64,000 bases of DNA from Bdellovibrionales bacterium (GTDB lineage: Bacteria > Bdellovibrionota > Bdellovibrionia > Bdellovibrionales > JAUICD01), in contig OZ253553.1 in the NCBI GenBank assembly GCA_965262715.1, positions 1,440,001 to 1,504,000 of the forward strand, given 5' to 3'. How positions within the stretch are numbered: the first letter of the stretch is position 1; each line of letters begins with the position of its first letter. Below the pieces are notes generated by a model. The model searched no databases. It saw only the letters and a list, made by a program, of their open reading frames with translations, and was not told the origin of the DNA. Made by a program: the position numbers and the translations under genes. Shown here one piece after another: positions 57,382-64,000 of this stretch.

Positions 57382-59334
57382 CCTGAGTTTGACAGTTGCG
57401 AAAATAAAGTTGAGTTATTTTAGTTAGTTACAGTGGATGTGTGATTTTGTACCACTACATTTTGATTTTGTGGTAGAGATTTAAGAGATTGTTTGTAGGT
57501 TTAAGTAGATTCAATTTTAAGTTGTTTTGATGGGATCTTAACTCCTATAGCTTTAAATACATCAGCGTTATTGCCATAAATATCTGTTCTTATCCAAATA
57601 GTTTTGTTTTTATATCTGACAGGTATAGCTCGTACTTCTTTCAGCTTTGACATAGCTTCCGCTACACTCAATGGCCTTGACTTTATTCTCTTGTCTGTGA
57701 TCGCTTTATCTTTTAATGTGATGTTTCTTTGATGTAACTTCTTTGCAAAATAAGCCTCACATAAGTAAGATAAAAAACACACAACTAAATGACCTAATAT
57801 CCTCTTATCTGTCCAGTGGAACATAGGACGTGTCTTTAATGTACCCTTCAACTCTCTAAATGAATTCTCTACCTTCCATAATTGCTTATAGTTCATTATA
57901 ATCTCTTCAGAGCTTAAATCTGTATTTGTAATTATTCCAAAAAAACCATCTGTCCTCTCTGATTGTTCTATAGCTGACTTATTTAAAGTAGGCTTGCCTT
58001 TACTCTTAGGATGAACAATATACTTCTTATAATTACTATTAGATAAAAAAGATCTTGTGCTTATGGACTTCTTTGATAATTGAGCTTCTATCTTAGATAG
58101 AATATCTTCTCTTACTTTCTTATCTCGTTCTGCTCTCTTTCTCGACCAGGTAATTATACAACGATCATTATTATAGCTTGTCTCGTATATAGCTAAATCT
58201 TCATTTATAAATTTAAAATTCTTTAAATTGTATATCTCTGCATGACGATCCTTTAATAAACCTAGCTTTAATCCTACTATAAATTCATCTCCCTTTGCTT
58301 TTAATGATTGGAGATTCTCATTAGAAAATAAACCTCTATCTCCTACTAATATAAATCTTCTGATCTTAAACTTCTTTTTTAGCTTCGTCATAACTGAAGG
58401 TATTGTTTTACCTTCAAATGTATTCCCAGGATAAACATCAAAGCCTAAGGGCATACCTTCTGTATCTACTAAAAGTCCAAATACCACTTGTGTGCAATCA
58501 CTCCTCTTCTCTTTGCTATAACCAAACCTTCGAAGATTATCTAAATCCTCACGGGTACTCTCAAATCTCAATGTCGTTAAATCATACAAAATAACATCAC
58601 ACTCATTGAAAAAACTTAATTGAGACTTACCTCGCATATAAAGAGTCTTCTCTATATCTTCTTTATGCTTACTTAGAATATCTAAAGAACGATAAATGTC
58701 TTGAAGATGAAGCTCCCCTTCTAAAAAATCAGGATAAAATAACTTCTGCCAGTGTGAAAATACTTTAAGCTTAGAACAAGGCTCTACAAAACGACTTATA
58801 ACCAATGTAAAAATAATCTTAACAAAATCAAATTGCACTTTACGATGCTTCTGTTTTAAATCTGTTAATAATCTATAGAGATTTAATTGTTTAAAAATAG
58901 TATCTATTATAAGCAAAGGACCTAAAATAAAAGTGTCTTTTACATCAATCTCTTTTAATAACTTACTAGCAGGAATTATCTCTAACTCTTTAGATAATAC
59001 GTCTAGAAGCTTCTTCAAGTTAACTTCCTTATCCGCGGCTTTACCTAAAGACATTAGAATCCTTTGCTTCACTTGAGAACCTAATCTGTAGCTCTCAACA
59101 AGATGATAATATATGTCTCCTCTCGGATTTCTTGTAGACCTTATGAACATAAAAATACATTACAAGAAAAATATAAAAAATAAAAGAAAATAAGGTATAT
59201 GACGCGTAGTGTATGATAAATAAGTACACTACACTTTTTGACCAAAATACAAACACAATAACCGCTAATGACTATAAATACAACATTCCTTGAAAAAAAT
59301 ATCACGAAAATTCAAATTAAGTGTCAAACTCAGG
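57382..59334 (-). mobile_element. IS1634-family element 2 (1,953 bp)
   Basis: 13-bp TIR CCTGAGTTTGACA/TGTCAAACTCAGG. Confidence 0.95.
57501..59150 (-). CDS. IS1634-family transposase
   Basis: LYDLTTLRFE, GYSKEKR, VGDRGL, YKQLWKVENSFR, RPMFHW. Confidence 0.96.
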   Translation of the reverse strand: MFIRSTRNPRGDIYYHLVESYRLGSQVKQRILMSLGKAADKEVNLKKLLDVLSKELEIIPASKLLKEIDVKDTFILGPLLIIDTIFKQLNLYRLLTDLKQKHRKVQFDFVKIIFTLVISRFVEPCSKLKVFSHWQKLFYPDFLEGELHLQDIYRSLDILSKHKEDIEKTLYMRGKSQLSFFNECDVILYDLTTLRFESTREDLDNLRRFGYSKEKRSDCTQVVFGLLVDTEGMPLGFDVYPGNTFEGKTIPSVMTKLKKKFKIRRFILVGDRGLFSNENLQSLKAKGDEFIVGLKLGLLKDRHAEIYNLKNFKFINEDLAIYETSYNNDRCIITWSRKRAERDKKVREDILSKIEAQLSKKSISTRSFLSNSNYKKYIVHPKSKGKPTLNKSAIEQSERTDGFFGIITNTDLSSEEIIMNYKQLWKVENSFRELKGTLKTRPMFHWTDKRILGHLVVCFLSYLCEAYFAKKLHQRNITLKDKAITDKRIKSRPLSVAEAMSKLKEVRAIPVRYKNKTIWIRTDIYGNNADVFKAIGVKIPSKQLKIEST

Positions 59335-59385
59335 ACCGTTGAAAAGATCGACAGGCTTAACAAAATCAGAGGGGTTAAAAACATA

Positions 59386-59805
59386 ATGAAAATGTATATA
59401 TCATTTTTACTCATTTTAGGAATAGGATTTACCGGTCAGACCTTTGCTCAATCACAAGAGGAGGACGCAACAGGAGTTATATTTGGCTGTTCATTTTCTG
59501 GTTATCTTCAATGTGTCCTTAATGCAATTGCATCTGGAGGGGATGTGAATGCTACTTTGGATCAGACCCCTCTTATGATTGTTTCTGGCTTAGGACATAT
59601 TGAGCTTGTTCAAGCTTTCATTGGTGCAGGTGCAGATATAAATGCTTCTACTCGTACGGGATGGACGCCACTCACTTATGCTGTGAATGAAGGGCATACT
59701 GACATAATTCGGCTCCTTCTCGAGCGTGGTGCGAGTGTAGAAGTTCTATCTGAAGCGCAAACAGCAAAGATGAATCGATTATTACAAGAAAACCCACCAC
59801 TTTAA
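59386..59805 (+). CDS. Secreted ankyrin-repeat protein (copy 2)
   Basis: Identical to 55767..56186. Confidence 0.88.
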   Translation: MKMYISFLLILGIGFTGQTFAQSQEEDATGVIFGCSFSGYLQCVLNAIASGGDVNATLDQTPLMIVSGLGHIELVQAFIGAGADINASTRTGWTPLTYAVNEGHTDIIRLLLERGASVEVLSEAQTAKMNRLLQENPPL

Positions 59806-60127
59806 TTAGAACTCATCTTAAAATTACTTCTTGCGCTCACGTTTTCAAAACAACCTCTTAATTTAGACTCTATATAAAAGGGCTGTCTCACTCAAAATGG
59901 ACAGACTCTCTTAAAAGCGCGTATACACGCTTTTAAGAGAGTCTGTCCATTTTGACTAGAAGCCATCTCATAAAATAATATTTTGCATTTCGACTTCTTA
60001 AATATTATAAAACTTTATTTTTGAGATGGCTCCTAAAATCACGAGCAGCTTTTTTAATATTCAAGCAGATGACCAACGCTATTTCAAAAAACTGATAACT
60101 TTACTTTATTAGATAGCTTCTAAGAAC

Positions 60128-60829
60128 CTATCCGAAAAAGACACCTACCCCTAATGTGATATAAAAACCATTCAAATTCATTTTATTATCATCAGGTACT
60201 TCTCGATCAGTGCCATCATATTCCACTTCAAGATCAGTAAAAGAAAACAAATCATACCCAGCTTCTAACTTAAAAAGAAAGTTAGAAGTTGGCATAAATC
60301 CAAATTCTACGCCTAATTGACCAGTAAGTTGATCCCATAAGAACTGGTTACTTCTAGTTTCCATTTTTTTAACATTTGTACCACCAACACTAACACCATT
60401 GCCAAAATCTTCTGGGAATTTGACAGATTTCCAAATATCTAAACCAAAAATAGCTCCTACAAAAAACTGATCCATAAGAAATCTGTAATTTGTAAGGAAA
60501 GCTATTCGATGAGTGGTAAACTTATACTTACCTGTGATATCATTACTCTCTGCTTCCTTTTCTCCTTGAAAATCAAAACGATATCTAAGTCCCAAACCAA
60601 GACTAGCATCCTGCATTGGATTTCTATAGAAAACATCTGCACCTAAATGCCATGGTTGATTTTTTTGTACCGTATTTAATGATATAACCGCATTTGAAAT
60701 ACTGACTTTACCTCCAAGTTTTTTACCAAAATGACCTGAAAATTCTATATTGCCATAAGCAACATGAGAACCCATCACCATTGTAAATAAACAAATGAAT
60801 AAAACTTTTGATTTATTGAAAAATAACAT
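60128..60829 (-). CDS. Outer-membrane beta-barrel protein (copy 2)
   Basis: Identical to 56509..57210. Confidence 0.8.
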   Translation of the reverse strand: MLFFNKSKVLFICLFTMVMGSHVAYGNIEFSGHFGKKLGGKVSISNAVISLNTVQKNQPWHLGADVFYRNPMQDASLGLGLRYRFDFQGEKEAESNDITGKYKFTTHRIAFLTNYRFLMDQFFVGAIFGLDIWKSVKFPEDFGNGVSVGGTNVKKMETRSNQFLWDQLTGQLGVEFGFMPTSNFLFKLEAGYDLFSFTDLEVEYDGTDREVPDDNKMNLNGFYITLGVGVFFG

Positions 60830-60909
60830 AAGATACCCCTCCTAAATGAAACTATTAATTGCTATTAACCTTATACTAAATACTTACTTAAATACAGAGA
60901 GGTAGCAAG

Positions 60910-61011
60910 AAGACTTAATGCCTTAAGTCAAAGACGAGATCTTCCGCAGAGTCATCGCTACCAAGCGATGACTCGAGGACTTTGAGGATTTGGCTTAAGG
61001 CATTAAGTCTT
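60910..61011. repeat. Hairpin element family D (CCGCAG-stem-GAGGA core)
   Basis: AAGACTTAATGCCTTAAG arms with an inner GAGTCATCGCT/AGCGATGACTC stem. IS-truncated copy at 57291-57381; partial arm near 63905. Confidence 0.8.
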
Positions 61012-61022
61012 ACCCTCAATAT

Positions 61023-61240
61023 GGTCTTGTTGCACAAGCAGCAAGTTTAATGAGCTAAGAGATTTGTGACAGGTTTCTGAAGCAGGCCTAGGCCAGTGCC
61101 TTAGGAGACAAGGTTTTTATAAAATACTTTATTCTATAATAAAATCATAAAATGAAAGTAATAGAAGGCACGGGGGTTGCCTGCCCGCTGCTTCAAGAAG
61201 CCTGTCACAAAGCTCATTCTTAAATCTTTATGCAACAAAA
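61023..61240. mobile_element. MITE family C, copy 3
   Basis: TTGTTGCA/TGCAACAA ends; colinear with 30374-30594. Confidence 0.85.
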
Positions 61241-61418
61241 GAGATCTTTAATTATAAAAATAATGAAAGTTTATTGCTCGGAGGCCTTCTGCTGCTAGTG
61301 AAGATGCCTGCCATAGCTACTATATACAAATGCTATTTATGTAATATAAAACCATAACCTTGCCAATGTAGTACTAAAATCATCAACGGATTTTTTAATA
61401 TTCGAGTAGATGATCAAA

Positions 61419-62402
61419 TTAAGGGGAAAAATCAAAACGAGAAGGTAATCCTCCACCTTCTGTGTAGTTTCTTTTTCTATTTCTAAGCCTATCTCTATGT
61501 CTATGCCACCAATTTTTATTCCTTCCTTTATCCTGATTATAGTAATAAGTTAATGCAGCAACATATTCTGCAATACCCTGTCCTTGATTTTGAGGTGACT
61601 CATAATCATTGTTAGCATAACAATAATGTTGTTGCGCTTGGACACTCTTACCATCATGGATCAACTCTCTTGTGATGGTCGTTGCTCCTCCTTGTCCTTG
61701 TTCAACAAACATCAAACCATCAGGATACTTATTGAAAATTTGAGCAATATTACTATCTTGAGGCTCTGCTAATAATCTTTCTCTTTGAGTTTCATCTTTT
61801 CTACCTTTACCATATTTTGTTTTGACCTTATACTCACTATGGTATTTTTCTTTTTCTACTAAAAAGTCTGCTAATTCATTAAGGTCTGAATATGTTATCG
61901 ATTCTTTGCTAAGCTTGTCTTTAAGCCTTTGAACTGTTTTATAAGTATCCCCACAGTGTTTGAGTGCATTGACAGTCTGATCACCATAACCAAATTGACC
62001 TTCTAGACCTTTCGGTTTTGCTTTACACACGGTCTCTTGACATTTTTTAACTAGCACATCCAAACGTGATATCAAGAATGGACGTATATACTCCCAATTA
62101 GGGACTGTATCGTTCGAATTGGATTCTCCGCATTCATAGTGCTGTTTCAACATAGCTTGCACAGCAATCAAAGAGACCAATCCATCATCGTCTTCAACTG
62201 TTTTCTCACAATGTTTATATTCCGGTTTTCCATCAGTCTCACCAGCGCATATATGAGTAAACACTAAATTGATCTTATCGCCTCTTTTTTTCTCTATACC
62301 AATTAAACCAAAAGTTGGATTCCATTGCGGCTGAGGTTGAGTTAGAGCTGATTGGCTAATCATTGTAGTCAAAATAAAAAATAATATTTGTGATAACTTC
62401 AT
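61419..62402 (-). CDS. Secreted Cys-containing hypothetical protein (paralog of the next gene)
   Basis: Signal peptide; shares WNP...DGL.SL.AVQ..LKQHY.C..SNSNDT.P.WE. Confidence 0.8.
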   Translation of the reverse strand: MKLSQILFFILTTMISQSALTQPQPQWNPTFGLIGIEKKRGDKINLVFTHICAGETDGKPEYKHCEKTVEDDDGLVSLIAVQAMLKQHYECGESNSNDTVPNWEYIRPFLISRLDVLVKKCQETVCKAKPKGLEGQFGYGDQTVNALKHCGDTYKTVQRLKDKLSKESITYSDLNELADFLVEKEKYHSEYKVKTKYGKGRKDETQRERLLAEPQDSNIAQIFNKYPDGLMFVEQGQGGATTITRELIHDGKSVQAQQHYCYANNDYESPQNQGQGIAEYVAALTYYYNQDKGRNKNWWHRHRDRLRNRKRNYTEGGGLPSRFDFSP

Positions 62403-62405
62403 TTT

Positions 62406-63341
62406 TTAACGTACTCCTCTAACCCGTCTTCTCCAAAAACTTCTTCTATTGTTGCTATTATAGTTTGTGATTAATTGATGCAGATGCGCTGAAACTTCAG
62501 TAGAATTGTTTGATACAGGGCAGTTAAACTTATCCTCCACAGTCAATGACCTATTACTTCCTGAGTCAGTAAATTTTAAACTATCCTCTCTAAATCTTTT
62601 GTGGTGCTTAGCAATCAAATTATCACTATAATTTTCATTTGATGAAATTGTATCGGATAGTATGTGTTCTCTTGCATCATAATCCTTCCCTTGATCAAAA
62701 TCAGTTTTAACCTTGTATTTATAATAAGGTTCGTGTTTTGAAAGAAAATCTCCTAATTTATTCAGATCACTATAGATTGGATTATCAGAAGAAAGAAGTG
62801 TTTGCATGCCTTCATAATCAGTAACCAGGCCTCCACAAAACTCCATTTTATTTTTGCTATTGTCACTTCCACTCTGACTATTTATCTGAGTGTGAAATTC
62901 ACTATCCCGACGGCATCTATCTTCGTTTCTTCTCCTATAGTCTTCATTACTACAATAAGCTATACGCTCAGATGATGTATCACATAAGGCTTCATGACAT
63001 CTCTTTAATAGCAATTCTAGACGGGACTCAATAAAAGGTTTTATATTTTCCCAGTGAGGGATTGTATCATTAGAATTACTACTGGAACATACATAATGCT
63101 GTTTTAAAACAGACTGCACAGCTACTAAGGAGGCAAGTCCATCTTTATCTTCAACCTCTTTTTTACAGCTTGTTGCTTGTCCACGTCTATTTTGACATTC
63201 AAATTCAAAGATTAACTTTGTATTATCACCTTTTTTCTCAATTTGAACCAATCCCGGCTCTGGATTCCAATTTGTACCTTGACTCCAAACTACTGGACTG
63301 ATGATTATAAAAGACATAATTAAAGATAGTGATAATTTCAT
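62406..63341 (-). CDS. Secreted Cys-containing hypothetical protein
   Basis: Signal peptide; 3 bp from its paralog. Confidence 0.8.
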   Translation of the reverse strand: MKLSLSLIMSFIIISPVVWSQGTNWNPEPGLVQIEKKGDNTKLIFEFECQNRRGQATSCKKEVEDKDGLASLVAVQSVLKQHYVCSSSNSNDTIPHWENIKPFIESRLELLLKRCHEALCDTSSERIAYCSNEDYRRRNEDRCRRDSEFHTQINSQSGSDNSKNKMEFCGGLVTDYEGMQTLLSSDNPIYSDLNKLGDFLSKHEPYYKYKVKTDFDQGKDYDAREHILSDTISSNENYSDNLIAKHHKRFREDSLKFTDSGSNRSLTVEDKFNCPVSNNSTEVSAHLHQLITNYNSNNRRSFWRRRVRGVR

Positions 63342-63637
63342 TTTTGAGCTCTCTTAGACTCACTAGCTGATTTTCTACTTGCAGATTTTATAGAGATGGC
63401 ATCGCTTGGAATACCTATTTGTATTCTACGGCCTATTTTTTTATTAAGCCTTTCCTTAAGCTCAGCACTCAACTCTGATGCACGAATTAAAGTAAGCTCT
63501 GGCTCTTTATCGACTTTCACTGTATAGATGCCTTTTTTGTAAGATACAATCATTCCACGAACATAAACATTCATATCAGCAAAGCATTTCTGCGCTATGA
63601 AGAATATACATAAAAATGCCAATATTTTATAGGTCAT
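63338..63637 (-). CDS. Small exported basic protein, first gene of a three-gene operon
   Basis: Signal peptide; ATGA overlap with the next gene. Confidence 0.7.
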   Translation of the reverse strand: MTYKILAFLCIFFIAQKCFADMNVYVRGMIVSYKKGIYTVKVDKEPELTLIRASELSAELKERLNKKIGRRIQIGIPSDAISIKSASRKSASESKRAQK

Positions 63638-64000
63638 ACTACATCACTTAATAGTTTATAAAACTTCAATATCCTTTATCGAGAAGTATTAAATAAAACT
63701 TTAGGATTTTCTTCAAATTTCAAATAATAAGTAAGAAATTTCAGGCTTATAAACTGGTGTGTAACTTCTTGTTTAAACCTTCTCAATAAATAGAGGGTCA
63801 GTTACTACTTCGTCATAACTACTTTATATTTACATTTTCAAATCCTAGAGCTAATGAAAAACTTGTACTTTATCCATTGTAACAGGAATAGCCCTCACTT
63901 CTTTGACTTTGAGGGTTTGGCTTAAGGTATTAAGTTTTTCTTAATATTATTAACTGACCTTAGGCAAAAACTCTTCAATAAAGAGAACTTGATTTAAGTT

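Noticed and set aside
59290..59385. 32-aa N-terminal extension of ankyrin copy 2
   Set aside because: The TTG lies in the IS end; the native ATG, RBS and signal peptide are at 59386.
60910..61011. Hairpin as a hammerhead or other self-cleaving ribozyme
   Set aside because: No CUGANGA/GAAA core or other recognisable catalytic consensus by eye.

Overview
AT-rich bacterial chromosome segment (about 30% GC by eye), most likely Bdellovibrionota: it has dnaX-recR-mglA synteny without mglB, a GPSLGGKT P-loop in MglA, and FQNC lipoboxes. Housekeeping genes (metG, infA, rpmE, atpDC, nrdBA, nusB, ctpA, dnaX, recR, ruvB, nhaA) are interspersed with many secreted or lipoprotein orphans (ankyrin, Cys-repeat, metalloprotease, NADAR, vWA), two IS30 and two IS1634 elements, and at least five families of small dispersed repeats. 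Main observations: (1) IS1634 copies sit between 337-bp and 1,666-bp direct repeats, and the longer one duplicates two whole genes. (2) A seven-copy ~150-bp palindromic element shows compensatory base-pair changes. (3) Two loxP-like sites with inverted cores lie upstream of a large Cys-repeat surface lipoprotein. (4) Two tandem NADAR proteins carry signal peptides. (5) A 54-aa basic protein is missing from the ORF track. (6) Frameshifts are confined to accessory genes. No rRNA, tRNA, CRISPR array, integrase or reverse transcriptase was recognised.
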